DNA of 44,924 bases from a virus. The position numbers were made by a program, and so were the translations under genes. This document shows, one piece after another, positions 1 to 7,127 of this stretch. Location of the stretch: positions 1-44,924 of the IMG/VR virus record IMGVR_UViG_3300029480_000006; one strand, given 5' to 3'. Position 1 is the stretch's first letter. Each line of letters begins with the position of its first letter. Under the pieces are notes generated by a model. That model did not search any database, had not been told where the DNA came from, and saw nothing but the letters and a program-made list of their open reading frames with translations.

Positions 1-99
1 TATGTTAACAATGCTATTAATATCATGCAATGTACCATGCTTTGCTAATTCAATACATGATATACAAGACAATATTGGCACAGATAAATTCGCTCACTT
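1..99. repeat. Terminal direct repeat; bases 1-99 are identical to 44826-44924 (circular-genome assembly overlap)
   Basis: Base-by-base comparison of window start and end gives 99/99 identity. Confidence 0.9.
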
Positions 100-283
100 C
101 GGTGTTGGCTATGTAATATCTAATGAACTTCAACATGCAGGCATGAGTAAGCTTGAAGCGGTGGCAACAGTGACATTTCTTGCTTATGCAAAAGAAAAAT
201 GGGTAGATGACACATTCAGTAAGTCGGATATCGGTGCTACAGTTTTGGGTGGAGTGATACCGCTATATAAGAAGGAATTTTAA
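1..283 (+). CDS. Small secreted/lipoprotein, 3' part of a gene that starts at 44811 and wraps through the terminal repeat
   Basis: Full N-terminus MKRIIMLTMLLISCNVPCFANS is a signal peptide with a lipobox-like LLISC. The ORF continues in frame from 44811 into 2..283. Confidence 0.6.
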   Translation, partial: MLTMLLISCNVPCFANSIHDIQDNIGTDKFAHFGVGYVISNELQHAGMSKLEAVATVTFLAYAKEKWVDDTFSKSDIGATVLGGVIPLYKKEF

Positions 284-286
284 GTT

Positions 287-373
287 TACTTTACTTTTTG
301 CGAAAATCTATACATTTACTTGACTTTAAAAATAAAGTAGGTGTGTAGATTTAGCGAAAAAGTAAAGTAAATA
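287..373. repeat. Long inverted repeat: 287-313 and 347-373 are near-perfect reverse complements, about 33-nt spacer
   Basis: Arms gtttactttactttttgcgaaaatcta and tagatttagcgaaaaagtaaagtaaa(t), read directly from the sequence. Confidence 0.7.
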
Positions 374-402
374 AAAAAAGTGCAGCCGAAGCTACACTTT
401 AA
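372..402. terminator. Bidirectional intrinsic terminator between convergent genes
   Basis: Hairpin agtgcagc-cgaa-gctacact flanked by an A-run on the left and a T-run on the right. Confidence 0.5.
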
Positions 403-403
403 A

Positions 404-703
404 TTATTTTTTTATTTGTAAAATTTGTTTTAACCACCAAACTACATCAAGGTTATTTTTATCTAAATAATCTATAATCTCATCTTTAGATGTAGAAAAC
501 ATAAGATTAATAGCTAATTCAATTGGAAAATCAGATGGTAGAGTTTCTCCGTTTGGGTGTTTTAAAGATAATAACTTTTCTTTTAGTTGTTCATCTGTTA
601 ATCCTAAATCGACTAGCTCGTATCTTATATCGGATTTAATTCCAATAAAATTAGTATTTTTTATGTTGACATTTTTACAATTTTTTAAAACAAGTCCTTT
701 CAT
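404..703 (-). CDS. Hypothetical protein (minus-strand moron between tailspike and lysis genes)
   Basis: 99-aa ORF opposite to the genome-wide + orientation, with its own terminator. No recognisable domain. Confidence 0.45.
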   Translation of the reverse strand: MKGLVLKNCKNVNIKNTNFIGIKSDIRYELVDLGLTDEQLKEKLLSLKHPNGETLPSDFPIELAINLMFSTSKDEIIDYLDKNNLDVVWWLKQILQIKK

Positions 704-748
704 GGTATCACCTCAATAATATTATATATCAAAAAAGGAGTGAGTAAA

Positions 749-1072
749 ATGGAGTTTTTAGAGTCGAACTGGGGAACAATCTTAGGGTTATTGGTAAACA
801 TTGGGGTATTAAAGTATATATTAATAAGCTTAAAAGAAAAATTTGATGATTACCAAGCTAGGGCAGAAGCAAGAGATGATGCTACAAAAAGCTTGTGTAG
901 AACTCAAATTATAAGTATCTGCCACAAAGCACAGCGAGAAGGGCATATAGCATATTACAACTTAGAAAATTTAACGTTGCTATATAAATCTTATAAAGCT
1001 CTAGGCGGAAATGGTGCAGCAGAAAAAATGTATAACAAGACTATTAATTTGCCCCAAATAGAGGAGGAATAA
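749..1072 (+). CDS. Holin-like protein with a single N-terminal TM helix
   Basis: RBS AAGGAG 8 nt upstream of the ATG at 749. The track start at 740 is a GTG. TM segment WGTILGLLVNIGVLKYILISL, and position immediately upstream of the second holin and endolysin candidate. Confidence 0.45.
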   Translation: MEFLESNWGTILGLLVNIGVLKYILISLKEKFDDYQARAEARDDATKSLCRTQIISICHKAQREGHIAYYNLENLTLLYKSYKALGGNGAAEKMYNKTINLPQIEEE

Positions 1073-1073
1073 A

Positions 1074-1310
1074 ATGGAAGAAGAAAAATTTAATATCAAA
1101 GATGGTTTATCCATAGAAGAAACCAAAGTGAGTGCATTAATTATATTATGTGTACTCACTTTTTTATTTATGTTTGTTATGTACGTGTTAGAAAAAGATA
1201 TAACAGACAATCTAACAAGTATTATACAGACGTTGATCGTTGTCATTGGTGGAGTAAATTTAAGCAATTCCATATCAAATATTTTTATAAAGAGAGGTAA
1301 TAAGCAATGA
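1074..1310 (+). CDS. Holin (class II-like, two TM helices, 78 aa)
   Basis: Two hydrophobic helices, ALIILCVLTFLFMFVMYVL and LTSIIQTLIVVIGGV, with a charged C-terminus. Stop overlaps the start of the next gene (ATGA). Confidence 0.55.
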   Translation: MEEEKFNIKDGLSIEETKVSALIILCVLTFLFMFVMYVLEKDITDNLTSIIQTLIVVIGGVNLSNSISNIFIKRGNKQ

Positions 1311-1930
1311 CTGATGAACAATTAGCAAAAGAAATAGCAAATGGTATCATTTCTACAGGTGTAGAAGGCGGTTTTAATAGTGTTAGTCGCTCTAGTGCGG
1401 GCGATTATCCAAGTATGGGTGTAAGCCAATGGGAAGGCATAGGCGGACGTGGAGATTTGTTACTTAGCTATATAGATGGCGGTGCTAAATTTGCTGGTAG
1501 AAAATACAGTGATATAAGATACAATGGCGAATTGGAAGAATTAAAAGCATTATTAAATACACCACAAGGTCAAGAAGCACAACGCATTTTATTAGCTCAA
1601 GATTGTTTAGACAGATATGTACCACAATTGAAAAGAGTTCCAACCTTAGATGATAGCAGATGTTTTATTTATGCTGGTATTTGGTGCCCAACAAGTGAAT
1701 ATGTAGTAAGACAGTTTTTAACTAATAGATGTAATAGATATAATTTGCGTTCTCTTGAAACGCTCAAAGAAGTTTTCAAAACAGAATATTATATTGGTGC
1801 AGATGTTGGTGAGATTTATAAAGAAACTTATGAAAATAGAGCAGAAAATACTTATTATTATGTTGCAGCTATAGATTTAACAACACCTTATGGTGTTCCA
1901 GTATACGGAGAAGCAGGTAACGGAAGATAA
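1307..1930 (+). CDS. Putative endolysin with a weak GH108-like EGG(F/Y) motif; assignment mainly positional
   Basis: Translationally coupled to the holin. N-terminal GIISTGVEGGFNSV resembles the GH108 EGGY catalytic motif. No other catalytic family is recognisable by eye. Confidence 0.3.
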   Translation: MTDEQLAKEIANGIISTGVEGGFNSVSRSSAGDYPSMGVSQWEGIGGRGDLLLSYIDGGAKFAGRKYSDIRYNGELEELKALLNTPQGQEAQRILLAQDCLDRYVPQLKRVPTLDDSRCFIYAGIWCPTSEYVVRQFLTNRCNRYNLRSLETLKEVFKTEYYIGADVGEIYKETYENRAENTYYYVAAIDLTTPYGVPVYGEAGNGR

Positions 1931-1965
1931 TTATAAACAGATTTTATGGTTATAATTGTTAATTT

Positions 1966-2037
1966 ATCGGCTATTATATCGGTTTTTATATCGGCTATTA
2001 TATCGGTTATTTTATCGGTTATTTTAGCCGATAAATG
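1966..2037. repeat. Iteron array: five direct 12-bp units TATCGG(C/T)T(A/T)TT(A/T) plus one inverted unit (tAGCCGATAaat)
   Basis: Read directly: tatcggctatta|tatcggttttta|tatcggctatta|tatcggttattt|tatcggttattt|tagccgataaat. Perfect 12-bp phasing, preceded by an AT-rich tract. Confidence 0.85.
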
Positions 2038-2124
2038 AAATTAGATTGCATGATTCTTCCAGGATATTTTCTGCATGCAACAGTTAATTAATAAATAAAA
2101 TTTCAATTTAAGGAGAAATAAAAC

Positions 2125-2307
2125 ATGAATTTATGTAAAGATGATTATTTGAATTTATCTGAAGGGGAAAATCTAATTCCCTACAAATGCATATACGAAG
2201 ATGAAAACAAAGTAGTATTTGCTCCATTAAAATTTGTTTTAGATAAAAATAATGAACTAGTAGAAAATGGAGTAGACGAAACAAAGAAAATGGAATTTTT
2301 ACGTTAA
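2125..2307 (+). CDS. Hypothetical small protein
   Basis: 60-aa ORF with a strong RBS, AAGGAGAAATAAAACATG. Confidence 0.4.
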   Translation: MNLCKDDYLNLSEGENLIPYKCIYEDENKVVFAPLKFVLDKNNELVENGVDETKKMEFLR

Positions 2308-2327
2308 AGAAAAGGGGAAAATGAACC

Positions 2328-2537
2328 ATGAAAATTTTAGTATATTCTAGAAATCCACTTAACGCAGTAGAAAAAACACGTATTAAAGGCATTGTAACGC
2401 AATCTCATTGCCCAAATGAAAGCTTAAAAAACACATTTAAAAGATTTAGTTTCATGCAAGGCAATCAAGTAATTTATTTTGATGATATTACAATGCAAAA
2501 TAGAAACGAAGCGATTATTACAGAATTAGATGCTTAA
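2328..2537 (+). CDS. Hypothetical small protein
   Basis: 69-aa ORF with RBS GGGGAAAATGAACCATG. Confidence 0.4.
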   Translation: MKILVYSRNPLNAVEKTRIKGIVTQSHCPNESLKNTFKRFSFMQGNQVIYFDDITMQNRNEAIITELDA

Positions 2538-2543
2538 AAGAAG

Positions 2544-3032
2544 GTGTATGGATGTATGCATATGTTCTTAAATTTTGGGAGTTTTTACAAAAGAACGCTA
2601 CAAACGTTCTTATTTTTGGCGGTTTTGTGCTTATTTTGTTGTGTATCTACTGGCTATTGTGCGGAAAATACGTATCTAATAACAGAGAGTCAGTTGACCA
2701 AATTAGAACAAAACTTGACCGAGCTACAGACACAAAACAAGACATTGCAGACACAGCTACAGCAATCAAAGATACAGTTGGAGAACTCCAAGACAGCATT
2801 GGAAAAGCAGAAACAGCAATCGACACAGCTACAGGAGCAAGTCAAAGATTTGACCAAATCCTTGGAGAATGCCAAGACATTATTGAGCAAATACGAAACC
2901 AACCAGCAAAATGATTATGCTATAGGAATTGGACTGGGAAATAATGGTGTGGCCATAAATGCAGATGTGAAAAAAACATGGCTATACATGGATAAAGACA
3001 CAGTTGCTATAGGCATAAAATATAAATTTTAA
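2544..3032 (+). CDS. Secreted/lipoprotein-like coiled-coil protein ending in a beta-rich aromatic C-terminus (o-spanin-like or OM-associated); start may be at the Met at 2562
   Basis: Signal-peptide-like N-terminus (KRTLQTFLFLAVLCLFCCVSTGYC), a Q-rich heptad coiled coil, and C-terminal ...AIGIKYKF. Fully overlaps 2552..2914 in a different frame. Confidence 0.45.
   Translation: MYGCMHMFLNFGSFYKRTLQTFLFLAVLCLFCCVSTGYCAENTYLITESQLTKLEQNLTELQTQNKTLQTQLQQSKIQLENSKTALEKQKQQSTQLQEQVKDLTKSLENAKTLLSKYETNQQNDYAIGIGLGNNGVAINADVKKTWLYMDKDTVAIGIKYKF
2552..2914 (+). CDS. Membrane-anchored coiled protein (i-spanin-like: N-terminal TM plus helical ectodomain)
   Basis: TM VLIFGGFVLILLCIYWLLC followed by an 80-aa polar, helical region. 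Overlaps 2544..3032 in another frame. Confidence 0.45.
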   Translation: MYAYVLKFWEFLQKNATNVLIFGGFVLILLCIYWLLCGKYVSNNRESVDQIRTKLDRATDTKQDIADTATAIKDTVGELQDSIGKAETAIDTATGASQRFDQILGECQDIIEQIRNQPAK

Positions 3033-3043
3033 AGGGGTTTCGT

Positions 3044-3283
3044 ATGTTAGAAAGTAGGAAGATTGCAAGAAATTTTTTGAAAACAGCAACTCTAAAAGAT
3101 TATAAGAAAATCTTAAGAGAAGCCAAAATAACAGAAATACAAATTAAAATATTATATCTAAAAATCTTTAAAAATAAACATGTATTCCAAATAGCTAATA
3201 GATTACATGTAGCACCAGAAACAATAAAATATAACCTAACGCAAATTTATGATGCTGTTAGCAAGGTTCTAAAACAAAAGTAA
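3044..3283 (+). CDS. Small sigma-70 region-4-like HTH transcription regulator
   Basis: ITEIQIKILYLKIF...QIANRLHVAPETIKYNLTQ matches the region-4 pattern (L-T-E-x-Q ... I-A-x-x-L-x-V-x-x-x-T-I-K). Confidence 0.55.
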   Translation: MLESRKIARNFLKTATLKDYKKILREAKITEIQIKILYLKIFKNKHVFQIANRLHVAPETIKYNLTQIYDAVSKVLKQK

Positions 3284-3310
3284 GCTACCTTAGGGTAGCT
3301 TCTTTTTTTA
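3283..3310 (+). terminator. Intrinsic terminator
   Basis: Perfect 7-bp stem agctacc/ggtagct followed by tcttttttt. Confidence 0.7.
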
Positions 3311-3406
3311 TGCCTTTTTTTAATTTTTATTACACTTTTATTTAATCTTTTTAAAAATAAAAAATATTTATACTAAAAATAACGAAGTTGAACGGAGTAA
3401 AAAACC

Positions 3407-3826
3407 ATGATGTATGAAAATTTTAGACAATATGTAATTGAAGGCGACAAAATTTGTGATAAAGACCTATATGGAAATAAAACTGTAATAGGTGTAACAA
3501 ATAAAGCGTATGAGGATTTAAACAAAATAACAGAAGAATATTACAACAAATTAGTAGAGTTAGGTGTAATAGTTCCAGAAAAGACACCAGAACAAATACA
3601 ACAAGAGCAAAATCAGCTCATGCAGGACTTGTTGCAACAAATAAAATATAATAATCAGCAAAATTTAGAACTATCGGCAAAAATAAAAGAAATGAATAAA
3701 GAAATAGAGGAGTTAAAAAATGTTAAATCCGCAAATAATATCACAGATGATGGGGTTAAATCCACAGCAGGCAAGCAAATTGCAACAAGCGTGGGGACAA
3801 GCAAGCAATATGGCCAAAAACGTTAA
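3407..3826 (+). CDS. Hypothetical coiled-coil protein (Q-rich)
   Basis: 139-aa ORF. The last ~35 aa overlap the next gene and are low-complexity. Confidence 0.45.
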   Translation: MMYENFRQYVIEGDKICDKDLYGNKTVIGVTNKAYEDLNKITEEYYNKLVELGVIVPEKTPEQIQQEQNQLMQDLLQQIKYNNQQNLELSAKIKEMNKEIEELKNVKSANNITDDGVKSTAGKQIATSVGTSKQYGQKR

Positions 3827-4100
3827 TACACAGCAAGATGCAATTAATTTATTACAACAAGCTGGTATAAATTCTACAACTCTAGCCAAAGTAAAAGGAG
3901 CATTAAACAATCCTATGGCTACAGTCTTAGCAAATATGGCAGGCATAAATCTTAATGATATACGAATGAAGATAGATGCCTTAGCAGGTGGAAATACAGG
4001 TGGTAACACCATTCAAATTAATAGACAGGCTGGTAATAATAATCCAGTAACAACAAATGGCTTAGATAAGTTTAGACGAGGTCTAAGCCAACTAAAATAG
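3720..4100 (+). CDS. Hypothetical Q/N-rich protein
   Basis: Strong RBS GAGGAG 9 nt upstream of the ATG at 3720. 126 aa. Confidence 0.5.
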   Translation: MLNPQIISQMMGLNPQQASKLQQAWGQASNMAKNVNTQQDAINLLQQAGINSTTLAKVKGALNNPMATVLANMAGINLNDIRMKIDALAGGNTGGNTIQINRQAGNNNPVTTNGLDKFRRGLSQLK

Positions 4101-4156
4101 CTTATACAGCAAAATTTGCTTGTATAAAATAAAAATTTTATAAAGGAGTGTTTTCA

Positions 4157-4693
4157 ATGGATGAAAAAAACACAGGAATGAGTGGATGGGGACTTATTAT
4201 CTTCTTAATTCTTTTATTCTGGATGTTTACAGGTGGCGGTTTTGGAGGTCTTTTTGGTAATCGTAATTGCTACAATAATTGCGGTGGTACTTCTAATTGC
4301 CAGGTTGAAAAACAAGAAATTATTGACAGTGCTAGAACACAGTATTTAATCGAACAAACAGCACGTCAGACACAGGAAATGACCAATGCAGGCATTAATG
4401 CACTTGGCAATAAAGTAGATTATTATCAAATCCAAGGCTTACGTGATAAATTGGCTGAAGCTAATAATAAAAACTTACAATTAGAAAACAGAATTTATAG
4501 CGATAATAAATTTAATGCTCTTGAAAGAGCAAATGAAGGCATGTTTACTGCATTAGACCAAAAAATTTCACAGTTAGCATGCAATATTCCACAGCGTCCA
4601 CCATATTGGGGTGCAGGTTTTATTAATTGTGGCACACCAATTCCTCCTGGATATGCATACAATACAAATTGCAATTCTTGTACAAATTGCTAA
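4157..4693 (+). CDS. Membrane protein with N-terminal TM and Cys-rich termini
   Basis: ATG at 4157 with RBS AGGAG at an 8-nt spacer. The track start at 4148 is a GTG. TM GWGLIIFLILLFWMF, and C-terminal CGTPIPPGYAYNTNCNSCTNC. Confidence 0.55.
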   Translation: MDEKNTGMSGWGLIIFLILLFWMFTGGGFGGLFGNRNCYNNCGGTSNCQVEKQEIIDSARTQYLIEQTARQTQEMTNAGINALGNKVDYYQIQGLRDKLAEANNKNLQLENRIYSDNKFNALERANEGMFTALDQKISQLACNIPQRPPYWGAGFINCGTPIPPGYAYNTNCNSCTNC

Positions 4694-4722
4694 TGCTCCG
4701 TCAATAAAGACGTGATTTTATA

Positions 4723-4747
4723 GGCGGTGTAACAACCGCCTTTTTTA
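4723..4747 (+). terminator. Intrinsic terminator
   Basis: Stem ggcggt/accgcc with loop gtaaca, followed by a T-run. Confidence 0.7.
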
Positions 4748-4770
4748 ATTTAGAAAAGAGGTAATAAAAC

Positions 4771-5139
4771 ATGAGTTGTATCAATAATTGTCAAGTTTGC
4801 CCTAATTTAATAGCTTCTACAAATGTTGCTATTAGTGGCTCTGTACTTCAAATCACAATCCCTACCATGACCATTAACGATAACCAGAAAATCTGCTTAT
4901 TAATTGCCCAATCAATTCCAAGTGGTGCAGGTGTATTGCCAATTAATATTATTAATGGTTCCAATACTTTAACTCTTATTAATAAATGCGGTAAACCAGT
5001 ATATGCAGACCAAATTAGAAGCAGACGTATTTATGTATTATGTGCAAATACTGCTACACCATCTGCTACTGTTAAAACTAATAATCTTTGCCCAACAGCT
5101 TTTGTACCACCACAATTAACAGGTACAGCTACAGCTTGA
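4771..5139 (+). CDS. Hypothetical Cys-rich protein
   Basis: 122 aa. N-terminal CINNCQVC, several further Cys, Thr/Ala-rich C-terminus. Confidence 0.45.
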   Translation: MSCINNCQVCPNLIASTNVAISGSVLQITIPTMTINDNQKICLLIAQSIPSGAGVLPINIINGSNTLTLINKCGKPVYADQIRSRRIYVLCANTATPSATVKTNNLCPTAFVPPQLTGTATA

Positions 5140-5156
5140 TAAGAGGTGAGTAAAAA

Positions 5157-5405
5157 ATGAATAATGGAGCTAGTTTTTTAATAGGTGTTTTGGCTGGATT
5201 TTTTATTTTTACAGAAACAGGTAAAAATATAGCAAACAGCATGGCTAATATAGCAGTAAATCAAGCAGTCCCAGGAGCGACAGCTTTGATGAACGTTGCA
5301 GCTAAAGCAATTAATCCAATACCACCTACAACACCAACTCCAACGCAAGAAGCAGTTAATCCAATTCTTGCAACAAATCCAAAACAGGAGGCAATCAAAC
5401 CATGA
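5157..5405 (+). CDS. Small membrane protein with Pro/Thr-rich tail
   Basis: TM FLIGVLAGFFIFT, then PIPPTTPTPTQEAVNP. Confidence 0.45.
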   Translation: MNNGASFLIGVLAGFFIFTETGKNIANSMANIAVNQAVPGATALMNVAAKAINPIPPTTPTPTQEAVNPILATNPKQEAIKP

Positions 5406-5923
5406 TAGATACAAAATCTTGGACTAAAGAAGCAATGTATCAAAAAGTTTTAGAACACCAAATGCAAGGTGTTATATTCCATAACGATATGATGCTATTT
5501 AATGCCTTCTGCTCCTTAGATTGCTACAGTAAAAAACATAAAGAACAAACCAAAGAAGAACAAGAAAAATTTGAAGAAACACAACTTTATTACTTGCAAA
5601 ATTATGGAAAAATATTAGAAACACCTAAATTTGAAAAATTACAGGTAGTATCTAAACAGCAAGAAGTTATGCGTTATACTCCAGACCAAGTAACCATAGA
5701 ATATAGAAAAAATTTCTTAAAAGAAACTTTTCAGAACTGGAAAAAATGGGAAGAATCCACAATGGAATTATATCTAGCATGCATGCATTACACGCTAGAA
5801 CATCAATGCATGGATTATCTTAAATTCCAGGAACTCTACAAAGATACATTTAAGGAACATAAATATATTCTCAAGGAAATAGAAAAGCTTCAGAAAATAA
5901 ATTATGATGCTAAGCTCTTATAA
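5402..5923 (+). CDS. Hypothetical protein
   Basis: 173-aa ORF translationally coupled (ATGA) to the previous gene. Confidence 0.5.
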   Translation: MIDTKSWTKEAMYQKVLEHQMQGVIFHNDMMLFNAFCSLDCYSKKHKEQTKEEQEKFEETQLYYLQNYGKILETPKFEKLQVVSKQQEVMRYTPDQVTIEYRKNFLKETFQNWKKWEESTMELYLACMHYTLEHQCMDYLKFQELYKDTFKEHKYILKEIEKLQKINYDAKLL

Positions 5924-5927
5924 ATCA

Positions 5928-5960
5928 AGCCCTACCAATAAAGGTAGGGCTTATTTTTTT
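5928..5960 (+). terminator. Intrinsic terminator
   Basis: Perfect 9-bp stem agccctacc/ggtagggct plus ttattttttt. Confidence 0.75.
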
Positions 5961-5983
5961 GCTCAAAAATATTTAAAATATTA

Positions 5984-6012
5984 TTGACACACCACGTTTA
6001 ACGTGGTATATT
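5984..6012 (+). promoter_or_regulatory. Sigma70-type promoter (TTGACA-17-TATATT) with a palindromic operator CCACGTTtaAACGTGG in the spacer
   Basis: Consensus -35 at 5984-5989, 17-nt spacer containing a perfect inverted repeat, and -10 at 6007-6012. Confidence 0.65.
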
Positions 6013-6053
6013 ATAGATGTAAGGTAAATAAAACAAAGAAAGGGGTTACCAAA

Positions 6054-6554
6054 ATGATGAAATTAACAAAACGTGAAATATTCTGGTTAGCACATAAATA
6101 CGCTAAAAGATTAGAAGGCGATTATAAAGCTAGATTTAATTGGAGTTTAAAATTTATTTATGATTGTATTAAGTTAATTAATTCTGAAAACGTAGAATTA
6201 AAAGGTAGCCCTAAACAAGTAAAATGGGCTAATGAAATCAGAGAAAACTTTAATTTTAAGTCCATATTATTTGAAAGATATATGGATGATAATACTTATC
6301 ATTCTTTTAATAATAAAATTTTATTTATCAATCTTGTTAAAAATACTGAAAATGCAAGCTTTATTATAGCTATGTATTTTCAAACTCCTGCTACTTGGTT
6401 TTGCGAATATGTAAAATATATAAATGGCGAAAGCAAAATAATGGAAGTAGGAAAAAAATATGACTCTTCTTTTTTCGTAATTGATGAAGAAGGAAGATTT
6501 TTGCAGTGCGAATGGAATGGAACACTACGCAAAAAGCAATATTTCAATTATTAA
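6054..6554 (+). CDS. Hypothetical protein, first gene of an autonomous three-gene cassette
   Basis: ATG ATG AAA at 6054 with RBS AAAGGGGTT. The track ORF 6003 begins inside the promoter. Confidence 0.5.
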   Translation: MMKLTKREIFWLAHKYAKRLEGDYKARFNWSLKFIYDCIKLINSENVELKGSPKQVKWANEIRENFNFKSILFERYMDDNTYHSFNNKILFINLVKNTENASFIIAMYFQTPATWFCEYVKYINGESKIMEVGKKYDSSFFVIDEEGRFLQCEWNGTLRKKQYFNY

Positions 6555-6569
6555 TATCGAGGTGATCAT

Positions 6570-7127
6570 ATGAATAAAATTAAACAAATGAGAGAAAAAC
6601 TAGGCTGGAGTCGTGCCAAGTTTTGCAGAGAGTTCGGTATTCCAATCCGAACTGTAGAAGATTGGGATAATGAGAGTATATCTAGTTATCCTAAAAGCTG
6701 GGTAGAAAAATTGATTTTAGAAAAGTTAGGAGAAATAGGTATGAAGAAAATGAATTTATATTTCTTTAAAGAAATAAATAAATTTTACGAAGGTAGAACA
6801 TTTTTACCAAAAAGATTAGATAAAATGTTTTATGATAAAACTGATGAAGAAGTATTGAATTTAAAATTTAGCATTGATGATGCTATCGTGATAGCAAATA
6901 GAGCACTTGAATTTGAACGTGAGATGTTTGATAACCAATATGAAAGACAATATGAGTATCTTGATGCTGATTTAAAACTTAAAAGAAAATATTTTGAATT
7001 ATTCAATAAAGAAGCAATGGATTTAAAAACCATTGATATGATAGTTGATATGGTAATATCTTGTGGCGGTGATGATTTAATAATTACAATAAATTTAAAA
7101 AAGAAAATTAAGGAGAATGTAAAATGA
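6570..7127 (+). CDS. XRE-family HTH domain protein with a C-terminal domain of unknown function
   Basis: N-terminus MREKLGWSRAKFCREFGIPIRTVEDWDN is a typical XRE HTH. Confidence 0.55.
   Translation: MNKIKQMREKLGWSRAKFCREFGIPIRTVEDWDNESISSYPKSWVEKLILEKLGEIGMKKMNLYFFKEINKFYEGRTFLPKRLDKMFYDKTDEEVLNLKFSIDDAIVIANRALEFEREMFDNQYERQYEYLDADLKLKRKYFELFNKEAMDLKTIDMIVDMVISCGGDDLIITINLKKKIKENVK

Noticed and set aside
1001-1321. Minus-strand 106-aa ORF
   Set aside because: It is antisense to the two holin genes with no independent signals.
1966-2037. Possible CRISPR array
   Set aside because: The units are 12 bp and contiguous with no spacers. There are no cas genes. It is an iteron array instead.
2690-2902. 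Minus-strand 70-aa Cys-rich ORF
   Set aside because: It is antisense to the two overlapping + strand genes in a quasi-repetitive acagc/acaca region and has poly-Cys composition. It has no RBS or context.
6003-6053. Track start of the ORF at 6003
   Set aside because: The start lies within the -10 element of the promoter. An ATG with RBS at 6054 is far more plausible.
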